Shown one piece after another: positions 1-9,270 of a stretch of DNA of 64,000 nt. This DNA comes from Streptosporangiaceae bacterium (GTDB lineage Bacteria > Actinomycetota > Actinomycetes > Streptosporangiales > Streptosporangiaceae). Location: assembly GCA_035631375.1 (NCBI GenBank), contig DASQIW010000148.1, forward strand, positions 10,802-74,801, given 5' to 3'. Both the position numbers and the translations under genes were made by a program. The notes beneath the pieces were generated by a model. That model searched no databases, had not been told where the DNA came from, and worked only from the letters and a program-made list of their open reading frames with translations. Within the stretch, counting starts at the first letter, position 1. Every line of letters starts with the position of its first letter.

Positions 1-17
1 CCGGTCCACGGTCGTGC

Positions 18-413
18 TCAATCGCCAGTCCGGGCCTCGAGCGGCGACTTGTCGCCGACAAGCCAGCGGTGCCCGAACGGATCGGTAAACCCGCCCTGCC
101 GGTGCACCCCCCAGGGCGTCTCGTGATCGCGGATCTCATCCACCGACCCGTGCGCGCCCGCCGCAACCGCGCGAGCGATGAAGGCATCCGGGTCGTCGCA
201 GAACACCTCGACCCTGACCGTCGTCGTATCGAGGGCCGCCGGACTGTCGAACCTGGTAGTCGGCTCGTGCAGGAAGAACGGCGCGCTATCGATCTGCAAT
301 CCGACCACGCTGCCCAGGTCCCACATCCGCCTGGCACCGAGCGAGCGCTCGTACCAGTCAGCGGCGGCTTGCGCAGATGGCACAGCGAGCATGAGCGAGA
401 GCGCGAGCGTCAT
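18..413 (-). CDS. VOC (glyoxalase/bleomycin-resistance fold) family protein
   Basis: Frame of track ORF 18..485. Start moved to ATG at 413 (MTLALSLMLAVP...). C-terminal ...GFTDPFGHRWLV... is typical of PhnB/VOC proteins. Confidence 0.8.
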   Translation of the reverse strand: MTLALSLMLAVPSAQAAADWYERSLGARRMWDLGSVVGLQIDSAPFFLHEPTTRFDSPAALDTTTVRVEVFCDDPDAFIARAVAAGAHGSVDEIRDHETPWGVHRQGGFTDPFGHRWLVGDKSPLEARTGD

Positions 414-467
414 CGTGGTTCCCTTCGAGTCCCGGCTCTGCACGCTACCGCTTAGGCTGACGAGGAG

Positions 468-1103
468 ATGGCCATGAACACGCATCTGCTCGCGGTGTAC
501 GTCGTCGCGGTGTTCGCCGCCATGATCGCGCCTGGACCGGACATGCTGTTCATCCTCGCCACCGGCGCGCGCGGCGGTCCGCGGGCTGGCCTGCTGGCCA
601 CCCTCGGCGTCATGACGAGCGAGATTGTCCAGATCACCGCCGTGGCGGCCGGGCTGGCGGCGCTCTTTGCCGAGGCGCCGGCGGCCTTCCTCGTGGTTCG
701 CCTGTGCGGCGCTGCGTATCTGCTGTACCTGGGGGTGCAGGCGCTACGCAGCGCCCGCCGCGGCAGCCCGATCGCGGACGTCAGCGAGCAGGGCGGGGTA
801 GCAGGCCGCTACGCGTACCTGCGCGGCGTGATCACCAACCTCGCCAATCCCAAGCAGGTTACGTTTGTGGTCGCGCTGCTGCCGCAGTTTGTCGACCGGG
901 CGCTTGGTCACGTGCCGCTTCAATTCGTCATCCTGGGGGCCATCTTCATCGCATTCGAGCTTCTGGTCGACGGCACGGTCGGGCTCATGGCCGGCCGGAT
1001 TGCCACCTGGCTGTCGAGACGACAGCGGGCCCGGCAAGCTCTGGACGCTGGTGCGGGAGCCATCATGGTGGCTCTTGCGGCACGGCTCGCGGCCGAACAC
1101 TAG
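468..1103 (+). CDS. LysE/RhtB family amino-acid exporter
   Basis: 211 aa, multi-TM, N-terminal ...AAMIAPGPDMLFIL... (PGP motif of the LysE family). The in-frame ATG at 474 has better spacing to SD GAGGAG (462-467), so the start is uncertain by 2 codons. Confidence 0.85.
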   Translation: MAMNTHLLAVYVVAVFAAMIAPGPDMLFILATGARGGPRAGLLATLGVMTSEIVQITAVAAGLAALFAEAPAAFLVVRLCGAAYLLYLGVQALRSARRGSPIADVSEQGGVAGRYAYLRGVITNLANPKQVTFVVALLPQFVDRALGHVPLQFVILGAIFIAFELLVDGTVGLMAGRIATWLSRRQRARQALDAGAGAIMVALAARLAAEH

Positions 1104-1132
1104 CCTCTGCCGGGCGGTCTAGGGTGTGAGGT

Positions 1133-1555
1133 GTGCAGGCACGGCGCGCACAGAACTGGGCGGAGAAGCGCCTGTTCAACCCGTCCATGCGGTTCTGGGT
1201 CCAGCAGGGTGTCGCGCCGCGCTGCTACGTGCTGCTGGAGACCACCGGCCGGCGAACCGGCATGCGCCGGCAGACCCCGGTAGCTGGCAGTCTCGACGGC
1301 GACACCTATTGGTTCGTCGCCGAGCACGGCGCCGCCGCCGCGTACGTCAAGAATCTCGTCGCGCACGCCAGAGTCCGGGTGCTCATACGCCGCCGGTGGC
1401 GGTCAGGCACGGCTACCTGCCTCCCGGACGATGACGCGCTTGCTCGCCGGTCCTGGATTGACCGGCGCAACGGGCTCGTCGGCTGGTTCGACGGCCTGTG
1501 GTTCCGCGGCTTTTCGTCCGCGCCGATGACGGTGCGGATCGACCTCGACTCGTGA
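1133..1555 (+). CDS. Deazaflavin (F420)-dependent nitroreductase family protein (DUF385/Ddn-like)
   Basis: 140 aa; ...VLLETTGRRTGMRRQTPVAG..DGDTYWFVAEHG....YVKNL... matches the split-barrel Ddn-like family pattern. GTG start. Confidence 0.75.
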   Translation: MQARRAQNWAEKRLFNPSMRFWVQQGVAPRCYVLLETTGRRTGMRRQTPVAGSLDGDTYWFVAEHGAAAAYVKNLVAHARVRVLIRRRWRSGTATCLPDDDALARRSWIDRRNGLVGWFDGLWFRGFSSAPMTVRIDLDS

Positions 1556-1560
1556 CTGGC

Positions 1561-1971
1561 TCAGGCGCTGAGGTCGGAAGCGTTGATCCGGGTGGGGTGC
1601 AGCACGATCTGGGTCCTCGTCTCGCCGGGCCGGTCGTGGAGGGTGAAATCCGCGTTGTACTTCGACCCGGCCGTTGCGCAGAACGACTTGTCCGGGTCGG
1701 GGATGAGCTCCGCCCTCGCCCTGATCTCCAGCGTCCGGAGGCGGTTGGCCGGATCGAGGATGAACAGGGTGACGTGCGGGTCCCTGCGGAGGTTCTTCGA
1801 CTTCTGCCTGGTGTCGTTGAGCGAGATCTTCACCAGGTCGTCGTCCTTGTCGTGGTAGAACGCGACGGCCGTCACCTGCGGCAGCCCGTCGGGGCCGTTG
1901 GTGGCGAGAATGGCGGTGTGGGTGTCGAGAAGGTGCCGGTGCGTGTCCGGGACCTCTGCGCCTGCTGGCAT
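1561..1971 (-). CDS. PPOX-class F420-dependent oxidoreductase (pyridoxamine 5'-phosphate oxidase fold)
   Basis: Only the C-terminal 136 codons of track ORF 1561..2757 look real (MPAGAEVPDTHRHLLDTHTAILATNGPDGLPQVTAVAF...). ATG at 1971. Confidence 0.8.
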   Translation of the reverse strand: MPAGAEVPDTHRHLLDTHTAILATNGPDGLPQVTAVAFYHDKDDDLVKISLNDTRQKSKNLRRDPHVTLFILDPANRLRTLEIRARAELIPDPDKSFCATAGSKYNADFTLHDRPGETRTQIVLHPTRINASDLSA

Positions 1972-2145
1972 CGAACCTCCGTGGCACGTGCGGGGGAGTG
2001 GTCGGCGCGGTTGCGCAGCGGCCAGGTCCGTCCGGGCTAGCCGCCAGGTTGATATATAGCGCGCCGTTGTGCCCGGACGCAGCCACGCTGCCGCCCAGCG
2101 GCATAGCGTTGCAGCAGACACTCGCGCGCATAAGGGAGCTAACCC

Positions 2146-2994
2146 ATGGCAAGGTTCTCCGGTCAGTCCAGTGCTGGTCCTGCTGTCTGGGAGCCCCAGG
2201 CTGCCGACACCCGCCTGGCGAGCACCGCCGGCGCGGCAGAAGGAGCCCTGTTCACCTCGGACCTGACTGTCTCGGAGTACGTGCTGCTCGGCGAAGCCGG
2301 CTTCGAGCCACTCGGCTTCGTTGTCGGATCGTCGATCTACCACGTGGGCATTCAGATCGGCCGCTGGTCGCAGAACCAGGAACTGCAGGTCCTCACCCAG
2401 GCCATGTACAACGCGCGGGAACTGGCGATGGCTCGTATGCAGGCCGAGGCCGACCACCTGGGCGCCGACGGCATCGTCGGCGTCGACCTCAAGATGCAGA
2501 TGTACGCGTGGGGTCAGGGGGTGCTCGAGTTCATCGCGACCGGTACCGCGGTGCGCCACCTCTCGGGTGCCGGTGCGCACAAGGCGCCAGACGGCCGCGC
2601 GTTCACCTCGGACCTGTCGGCCCAGGACTTCTTCCGGCTGATCGCCGCTGGCGCGGTCCCGGTGGCCTTTGTGCTCGGTACCTGCGTGTACCACATCGCA
2701 CACCAGTCGGTCATGCAGTCGCTGCGGCAAACCGGCCAGAACCAGGAGATGCCGCAATTCACCCAGGGCGTCTACGAAGCCCGCGAGCTAGCGCTGGCCC
2801 GGATGCAGGCCGAGGCGACACAGGCCCGCGCATCGGGCATCGTCGGGGTAACCGTCGACGTGCTCAATCACGTCTGGGGTGAGCACGCGACCGAGTTCCT
2901 CGCGACCGGCACCGCGATCCGGCGGCTAGGAGCGGAGCACCGGCTGCCGGAGACGACGCCGAAGCCGACCTTCACGCTGGGCCTTGACGCATAG
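2146..2994 (+). CDS. Tandem-duplicated YbjQ/UPF0145 (heavy-metal-binding-like) domain protein
   Basis: Two internal repeats, each ending ...ARELA(M/L)ARMQAEA....GIVGV......W.......EF.ATGTA.R. Confidence 0.8.
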   Translation: MARFSGQSSAGPAVWEPQAADTRLASTAGAAEGALFTSDLTVSEYVLLGEAGFEPLGFVVGSSIYHVGIQIGRWSQNQELQVLTQAMYNARELAMARMQAEADHLGADGIVGVDLKMQMYAWGQGVLEFIATGTAVRHLSGAGAHKAPDGRAFTSDLSAQDFFRLIAAGAVPVAFVLGTCVYHIAHQSVMQSLRQTGQNQEMPQFTQGVYEARELALARMQAEATQARASGIVGVTVDVLNHVWGEHATEFLATGTAIRRLGAEHRLPETTPKPTFTLGLDA

Positions 2995-3196
2995 CCCGGC
3001 AGGGACTTTTCACGCGTACGACCACTCCGCTGGCATACCGGTTGCTGTAAGGGTCACTCTCATCACGAGGCCGCCCCTCATAACGGTCCTGCTAGTTACT
3101 CTCATGACGCGAGCTGACTCCGATTCGCGTGATCGCGTTGCGCGACGGCCAGGTCAGCGAGATGGTGACCAGCAGTGACGAACGGGGGCTGCGGTC

Positions 3197-3805
3197 GTGA
3201 TGACGATGCCAGTGCGCACGGGGCGCACGAACCAGAAGGAGCGGACCCGGCGGGCCATCGTGGCAGCGGCCCGTGAGGTCGTCGCCGATAGCGGCGATGT
3301 CACGATGCCCGAGGTGGCGCGGCGGGCGCTGGTGTCGGAGGCGACGGCCTACCGGTATTTTCCCGACCTGGCCTCCGTGCTGCGCGAGGCCCTGACGGGG
3401 ATCTGGCTCAGCCCTCAGCAGGCCATGGCGGCGATGACGCACTGTGACGACCCGGTCGAGCGCATCGGCTTCGCTACCGAGGTCCTCCTCCGCGAAGTGC
3501 TGGCGTATGAGGGGGCCGTGCGGGCAATGATCGCCGGGGCGGTCACCCGGCCTGGCACCTCGAGGCTGCCCGGGCGGCGCTTCGGCCTGATCGATGAGGC
3601 CCTGCGGCCGCTGGACGAGACCATGGCCGTCCAGCAGCCGGCCCGGTTCGAGCAGCTCAAGCGCGGCCTAGCGGTCGTCCTCACCGCCGAGACGTTATTC
3701 ACCCTGATCGACCTGTGCGGTCTCACGCCCGAGCTCGCGATCGCGAGCGCGATCGAGACCGCCCGCTCGCTCACCGCGGCCGCCGTCCGGTCGGCACCGC
3801 ACTGA
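3197..3805 (+). CDS. TetR family transcriptional regulator
   Basis: N-terminal HTH ...RTRRAIVAAAREVVADSGDVTMPEVARRALVSEATAYRYFPD... Confidence 0.85.
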   Translation: MMTMPVRTGRTNQKERTRRAIVAAAREVVADSGDVTMPEVARRALVSEATAYRYFPDLASVLREALTGIWLSPQQAMAAMTHCDDPVERIGFATEVLLREVLAYEGAVRAMIAGAVTRPGTSRLPGRRFGLIDEALRPLDETMAVQQPARFEQLKRGLAVVLTAETLFTLIDLCGLTPELAIASAIETARSLTAAAVRSAPH

Positions 3806-4065
3806 TCTGCGCCTGCCGGGCCGGCGGACCGGCTAGCGCCTGACTACGTCGCCGGGCCATCTCCACCCGGCACATCCGGTTCGACTGATCAGCCGGCCCG
3901 AGCACGGCGCTGAGGTGTTCTGACGATGTGATGCCGGACACATATCCGGACCAGCTTCGGGCTAGCTGCTGGCCGGCTAGCGTGGCCCGCTGGCGCTGAG
4001 CGAGAGGTCAGCGAGGCCAGAGGCGACGTCCAGGCAATGCGCAGGGTTGGCTCGTAGGCTCGCCG

Positions 4066-5559
4066 GTGAACGTGATAGGCAGGGCCGGAGCAGGAGGGAT
4101 CGGAACCGTGCCGGACTACTTCAGCATCTCCTACCGCGGCGCGACGTACGCGCTGGGACAGGGGCCGCACTTCTACGGCATCTGGTATGCCGCGGAGCCG
4201 CAGGGGCTGCCACTCGAGCAGTGGCCGCTGACCCCTGATGGCTGGACAGCGGCCTGGTCGAGATTTGCCGCGGTCGAGGTGCCTGGCACGATCACGCCGG
4301 TGACGCCCGCCGTCGCGCCGATGACCGGACCCGCCGGGCCGATGGCTGGCTCGGGCGGTCAGCTAGCCGCTGGCCCGCAGGCGGCTGGCGGCGCTACTGG
4401 CTGGGATGCCCGGTCCGACGCCGACCCAGCTGCCGCAACGCGCAACGGGCGCATTGCGGCGGCGCTCGTCGGCGTCGGGCTCGTGCTCGGTCTCATCGGG
4501 CTATTCCCGGCCTACATTGGCGGGGCCAGTGTTGCGTCGCAGTCGTTCAACCTCGCTCCCCACGTCATCTACCTAGTGACCTGGGCGCTGAGCGCCGCGC
4601 TGATCCTCACTGGCGGGGCGAGAATGCGAGCCGGGGCGCTGCTCGGGCTGGGGACGAGCGCCATCACACTCGGTCTGTTCATAGCTGACGCCGGGACCGC
4701 TGCCTCGGCCGGCTCGAATCTCACCGGCGCTGGCCTCGTGCTGACCATCCTCGGCTGGCTTGGCTGCACGGCAGGTCTCGTGCTCGCCGCGATCGCCGGG
4801 CGTGCTTTCCGCGCCGGGCTGGGGCCAGCACAGGGGCTCGTCGCCAGGTTCGCCTCGCGGCCCGGCTACGACATCGTGCCGCTCGTCACGCTCGTGCTCG
4901 CCGCGATCGGCGCCGCCGTCGCGTTCGCCCCGTCCTGGGACCGCTACACCCTGTTGGCCAGGGCCACCGGGCAGTCGCAGACCATCACGCTCGGGAACGC
5001 GTTCGCCAACGCGGGTCCGGTGATCTTCGGTGACATCCTCGCGATGATCGCGATCGTCGCGGTTGTGGTCGTGGCCGCCCTGTGGCGACCGCTGCGCCTG
5101 GGCGCGGCGCTGGCGCTCGGCGCTGCCGTTCCCCTGGTCGCCCAGGCGATCTCGGGCATCGTCCAGATCCGTGAGGCAGTGTCGCCGGCCCAGTTCGGCG
5201 TCTCGCCGTCTCAGGCTTCCCAGCTGGGCCTCACGATCGATTCCGGGCTGACAGCAATCTTCTGGGTGTATTGCGCCTTCGTCGGCACGCTGATCCTGCT
5301 CTGCGTGTGGATGCTGGTCGCACACGAGCCGCCGGTGGGCAGCCCGGTCCGGCCTGGCGCAGCGCCGGTCTGGGGCGGGCCGGCATCGGGTGGCCCGTCG
5401 GACGGTCCCGGCGGGCCGGCGGGAGCGTCTCCGGCGGTTGCTCCGATGACCGAGGGGCCTGCGGCCGACGGCCCTGTGCCCGACGGCCCTGTGCCTGGCA
5501 CCGCGACCGCTGGGACGCAGTGGTCCGGCGGATCCCAGCCGGGTCAGCCCGCGCCCTGA
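4066..5559 (+). CDS. Hypothetical polytopic membrane protein with Pro/Ala/Gly-rich linker and tail
   Basis: 497-aa ORF: about 60-aa soluble N-terminus (YFSISYRGATYALGQGPHFYGIWY), low-complexity linker, about 8 hydrophobic spans, P/G-rich C-tail. Alternative GTG start at 4108 lies behind SD AGGAGG (4092-4097). No family recognised. Confidence 0.7.
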   Translation: MNVIGRAGAGGIGTVPDYFSISYRGATYALGQGPHFYGIWYAAEPQGLPLEQWPLTPDGWTAAWSRFAAVEVPGTITPVTPAVAPMTGPAGPMAGSGGQLAAGPQAAGGATGWDARSDADPAAATRNGRIAAALVGVGLVLGLIGLFPAYIGGASVASQSFNLAPHVIYLVTWALSAALILTGGARMRAGALLGLGTSAITLGLFIADAGTAASAGSNLTGAGLVLTILGWLGCTAGLVLAAIAGRAFRAGLGPAQGLVARFASRPGYDIVPLVTLVLAAIGAAVAFAPSWDRYTLLARATGQSQTITLGNAFANAGPVIFGDILAMIAIVAVVVVAALWRPLRLGAALALGAAVPLVAQAISGIVQIREAVSPAQFGVSPSQASQLGLTIDSGLTAIFWVYCAFVGTLILLCVWMLVAHEPPVGSPVRPGAAPVWGGPASGGPSDGPGGPAGASPAVAPMTEGPAADGPVPDGPVPGTATAGTQWSGGSQPGQPAP

Positions 5560-5579
5560 CGGTTCCCGCCGACCAGCGG

Positions 5580-6392
5580 CTAGCTGGGCAGGAAATCAAG
5601 CAGCAGCTCGTTCACCTTGTCAGGGGCCTCGAGCTGCAGCCAGTGACCGGGGCCGTCGAGGCGCTCGTACCGCCAGGATGCCGTGATGTAGGCCGGGGAA
5701 TCGGTCATCTGCGTCTCGGTCAGCGCGAAGTCCCCGGTGCTCCAGATGCCCATGGTCGGGGCGGACACCGCCGGAAGCTGGATTGGCGACGCGGTCCAGG
5801 ACTCCGGCGGGACGTTGGCGCGGTACCAGTTCAGGCCCGGCGTGAGCGAGCCACCGGCTTCTAGCTCCGCGATGACCTGGTCAGCGTCCGGGTGACGCCC
5901 CCAGCTGCGGAAGTTGGCCCAGTTGTCGTCGCTGAGCCAGTGCTCGGCGATTCCGGCGAACTGGAACAGCAGCATGTACCAGGACTTCTGGCGTTGCTCT
6001 TCCGTTCGCCGGAACGTGCTGGGATGGCCGACAGACAGCACGACGAGGTGGTCAACTCGGTCGGGGGCGAGGGACGCGAGCCCCCAGGCGAGCGCGGCTC
6101 CCCAGTCATGCCCGACGACGTGGGCTCGGTCGATGCCGAGGCTGTCCAGCACCGCCAGCACATCTCCGGCGAGCGACAGCAGCGAGTAGGCCTCGACGGC
6201 CTCGGGCTTGTCGGACTTTCCGTAGCCCCGGAGGTCCGGGACGATCACCTGGAACCCTGCATTGGCCAGCGCCGGTACCTGGTGCCGCCAGAGACGGCCG
6301 GAATCGGGAAAGCCGTGCAACAGCACAACGGGCCGTCCCTGTCCAGTGATCGCGTACTCGATGCCGACCCCGTTAGCGTCTACCCGGCTCAC
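5580..6392 (-). CDS. Alpha/beta hydrolase (epoxide hydrolase/haloalkane dehalogenase-like)
   Basis: ...VVLLHGFPDSGRLWRHQ... and nucleophile elbow VVGHDWGAALAW. GTG start overlaps the stop of the upstream small ORF (GTGA). Confidence 0.9.
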   Translation of the reverse strand: MSRVDANGVGIEYAITGQGRPVVLLHGFPDSGRLWRHQVPALANAGFQVIVPDLRGYGKSDKPEAVEAYSLLSLAGDVLAVLDSLGIDRAHVVGHDWGAALAWGLASLAPDRVDHLVVLSVGHPSTFRRTEEQRQKSWYMLLFQFAGIAEHWLSDDNWANFRSWGRHPDADQVIAELEAGGSLTPGLNWYRANVPPESWTASPIQLPAVSAPTMGIWSTGDFALTETQMTDSPAYITASWRYERLDGPGHWLQLEAPDKVNELLLDFLPS

Positions 6393-6592
6393 TGGCCCTC
6401 CTTCTCAGACGCGTGCTCGATCCCAGTATCGAGCGTGCCGCGACGCCAGAATCGGTTCCGGCAGCGCCAGCAACGAGAAGGCCGCTCGCTGCCGACTGCA
6501 TCACCTTCGACGCAGACGTACTCCTCGATGCGGCAGGTGCCCTGAGCCGCGGCCAACCCATCGACGCCCGCGCGGCGCTGGATCGGCGACAT
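6389..6592 (-). CDS. Small Cys-rich hypothetical protein (possible zinc-ribbon), translationally coupled to the hydrolase
   Basis: 67 codons; C-x6-C ... C-x2-C pattern (GTCRIEEYVCVEG...RCWRCRNRFW). Third-position GC about 78%. Its 3' end carries AAGGAGG, the SD for the hydrolase. 4-nt GTGA overlap. Confidence 0.4.
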   Translation of the reverse strand: MSPIQRRAGVDGLAAAQGTCRIEEYVCVEGDAVGSERPSRCWRCRNRFWRRGTLDTGIEHASEKEGQ

Positions 6593-6698
6593 CCGCGTCG
6601 ACACGACCCGCGGCACGCCCGCTGATTCCGCGGTGTCCGTCGCCGCCTGGGTCCTGCGCTGCCTCTCGCCGCCCGCCACTGCGTCCGCGTAATTTCCG

Positions 6699-8195
6699 GT
6701 GGCAGGAATGCCAGAGCGATGTACTGTCCGAGGCGTGACCCTCGACATCGCGACGGCGACGGCGGCACAGCTCGCCCGAGCCATCCGGCAGAAGCAGATC
6801 TCCAGCCGCGAGCTGCTCGAGGACCTGCTGGCCAGGGCTGACCTGGTGAACCCGGCGCTCAATGCCATTGTGGCGTGGGATGTCGAACGGGCCAGGGCCG
6901 CCGCCTCCGCGGCGGACGAGGCAATCACCAGGGGTCAGCTGGCCGGGTCGCTGCATGGCCTGCCGATGACGGTCAAGGATGTGTGGGAAACCGAGGGCCT
7001 GGTTACGACCTCCGGTGCAACCGAACTGGCGGCGTACATCCCGGCCAGCGATGCGCTTGGCGTCGCACGGCTCAGACGGGCCGGGGCCGTCATCTTCGGC
7101 AAGACCAACACGCCCGCGTATGCGGGTGACTGGCAGACCTACAACGACGTCTACGGCCGCACCAGCAATCCATGGGATGTCAGCCGTACAGCGGGCGGCT
7201 CGTCCGGCGGGGCAGCAGCCGCTGTCGCTGCCGGGCTGACACCACTGGAGTTCGGCAGTGACATCGGCGGCTCGATCCGCGTCCCGTCGCACTTCAACGG
7301 TGTCTACGGGCTGAAACCCTCCTGGGGGGTCGTGCCCGTGCGCGGGCACATCCCCGGCCCGCCCGGCAGTCTGCTGACGGTCGACGTCGGGGTGGCGGGC
7401 CCGATCGCGCGCAGCGTGAGGGATCTGCGGATAGCGTTCGGCGTGCTGGCCGGCCCGCTGCCGGAGGACGCCCCTGGCTGGCGGCTCGACCTGGACCCTG
7501 GCTCCGAGCTGACCAATGTTGCCGGGCTGCGGGTGGCGATTGTGTTCGGCGAGGGCGCCGAGGTGGTGCCGATCGCGCACGACGTCCGGATGCTTCTCGA
7601 TGGGTTCGCCGCCCGGCTCAGCGCCGCCGGGGCCGTGGTCAAGGAAGCCCGGCTGCCGGTTCCGCTCGCCGACGGTCTGCGGACCTGGCGTGACGTCACT
7701 ATGCCAATCCTCGGTGCGGGTCTGCCGGACGATGTGTTCGCGGGCCTCGCGCGCCTGGCGGATGAACCGGACGACGATCCGACCCTCGCGATGGAACGGG
7801 CGATGGTGAGCCGGTACCGGGACGTGCAGACCGCGACGAACCTCCGTCAGCGGCAGCGCGTGGCGTGGGCGGAGTTCTTCGGCAACTACGACGTCGTGCT
7901 GGCGCCGGTCATGCCCGTGGCGGCGTTTCCCCACGACACCGAGCGGCCCTTCGACGAGCGGATGCTCGACGTGGACGGCGTAGCCGTGCGCCACCCGCTG
8001 GCGGCGGCCTGGGTGTGCGCGATCGGCGTGATGCTGCTGCCAGTGGTGACGCTGCCGGTCGGGCTGACCGGGGCCGGGCTGCCCGCCGGCGTTCAGGTTG
8101 TTGGCCCGTTCCTGTCGGACCTGTGGCTGCTGCGCGTCGCAGAGCTGATGGACGCCGCGGCCGGGCCGGGATTCAGCCCGCCCTCTGGCGGCTAG
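6699..8195 (+). CDS. Amidase (amidase-signature family)
   Basis: ...LHGLPMTVKDVWETEG... and GGSSGGAAAAVAAG...GSDIGGSIRVPS signature. Start may be further in (GTG near 6735). Confidence 0.9.
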   Translation: MAGMPERCTVRGVTLDIATATAAQLARAIRQKQISSRELLEDLLARADLVNPALNAIVAWDVERARAAASAADEAITRGQLAGSLHGLPMTVKDVWETEGLVTTSGATELAAYIPASDALGVARLRRAGAVIFGKTNTPAYAGDWQTYNDVYGRTSNPWDVSRTAGGSSGGAAAAVAAGLTPLEFGSDIGGSIRVPSHFNGVYGLKPSWGVVPVRGHIPGPPGSLLTVDVGVAGPIARSVRDLRIAFGVLAGPLPEDAPGWRLDLDPGSELTNVAGLRVAIVFGEGAEVVPIAHDVRMLLDGFAARLSAAGAVVKEARLPVPLADGLRTWRDVTMPILGAGLPDDVFAGLARLADEPDDDPTLAMERAMVSRYRDVQTATNLRQRQRVAWAEFFGNYDVVLAPVMPVAAFPHDTERPFDERMLDVDGVAVRHPLAAAWVCAIGVMLLPVVTLPVGLTGAGLPAGVQVVGPFLSDLWLLRVAELMDAAAGPGFSPPSGG

Positions 8196-9238
8196 CCGGT
8201 CCGCGAGGCAGGCTTGCGGGCGACCAGCACGTCGCGCACGATCGCCTGATCGACACGGTGCCGGAACTGCAAGTACGGCCCCGAGTCCAGCGGCTCCAGG
8301 CCCGCCCCGGCCAGGATCGCGACGGCTTCTGCGCGCGGCGCGACGAGCGTGTTCCAGGCGATCCCGACCGCGCCGCCTGGCCGCAGTAGCCCTGCCCAGA
8401 CCGGGACTGCAGCCGTCAGCAGGTCTTGCGGACGACGCGCGAGCCCGGTCGCGGTCCTGCTCCCATGCTGAACGCCGTACGGGGCATCGGTGACGATGAG
8501 ATCGAACGCCTCGGGCCGGAAGAACTCGGCCGCCCGCGTCGTATCCGCGCATACCACGTCGAGCCGCTGGCTTAGCCTGGCCTTCTGCTCATCCTTCGTC
8601 GCGGCGAGCATCAGCTGGAGACGGCGGCCGATCACCTTGCCATCGCGCCGCACCGGGGCGTCGTAGTCGGTGTGGTGCTTGAGCCGCTTGCGCTTCAGCC
8701 AGGTCTTGATGAACGCTGCGTACGCGTCGAAGTCCCGCTGGTCAGCGTCGAGACCCGCCACGTCCCAGCCGTACATGAGCGCCTGGTTGAGGGTGGTACC
8801 GCGACCGCACAGCGGATCGAGGACGGCGAGCTTGCGGCTGGTCAGGTCGGCAGCGAACGCCGACGACATCAGGGTCACGTTGAGCAGCAGCTTCGTGAAC
8901 TGCTCGTTCGTCTTACCCTGGTACTTCTGGATGGTGATGAGGTCGTCGTCGTAACGGTCGATGCGGCGCACTCCGACTGGCTTCAGCGCTGTGCCGTTCG
9001 CTTCGAACAGCGCATACAGCGCAGACAGCTGAGAAAGGAACGTGGTCGCTTCGTCAGTCAGCTGCTCGGTCTCGAACTCCAGGTAGGGCACGCCGCCCCG
9101 CTCAGTGACCTGGGCCGCCGGCAGCCCGCCGAGCACCGATTCGCCGAACACGGCTAGCTCGGCCCTCGCGAGCTCGGGCGATGCGCTGGCGTACACGCGA
9201 TTGGCGGAAGGCAGCAGCAACATCGCGTACCTGGTCAC
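8192..9238 (-). CDS. SAM-dependent methyltransferase (TRM11/UPF0020-like, N6/N2-type DAPYG motif)
   Basis: Motif I DPLCGRGTTL and motif IV IVTDAPYG. 4-nt overlap with the amidase stop. Confidence 0.8.
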   Translation of the reverse strand: MTRYAMLLLPSANRVYASASPELARAELAVFGESVLGGLPAAQVTERGGVPYLEFETEQLTDEATTFLSQLSALYALFEANGTALKPVGVRRIDRYDDDLITIQKYQGKTNEQFTKLLLNVTLMSSAFAADLTSRKLAVLDPLCGRGTTLNQALMYGWDVAGLDADQRDFDAYAAFIKTWLKRKRLKHHTDYDAPVRRDGKVIGRRLQLMLAATKDEQKARLSQRLDVVCADTTRAAEFFRPEAFDLIVTDAPYGVQHGSRTATGLARRPQDLLTAAVPVWAGLLRPGGAVGIAWNTLVAPRAEAVAILAGAGLEPLDSGPYLQFRHRVDQAIVRDVLVARKPASRTG

Positions 9239-9270
9239 CTGACAGGCTTATCACTCGCGGCGGCGCTGCC

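Noticed and set aside
1561-2757. 398-aa minus-strand ORF treated as one gene
   Set aside because: Only the last 136 codons (from ATG 1971) look like a PPOX-class protein. The upstream part overlaps the plus-strand YbjQ-like gene and is compositionally non-coding.
6501-8552. 683-aa minus-strand ORF, among the longest in the track
   Set aside because: It runs antisense to the amidase and methyltransferase genes. It is Arg/Pro/Gly-rich with no recognisable domain. This is a typical stop-codon-poor antisense frame of a high-GC genome.
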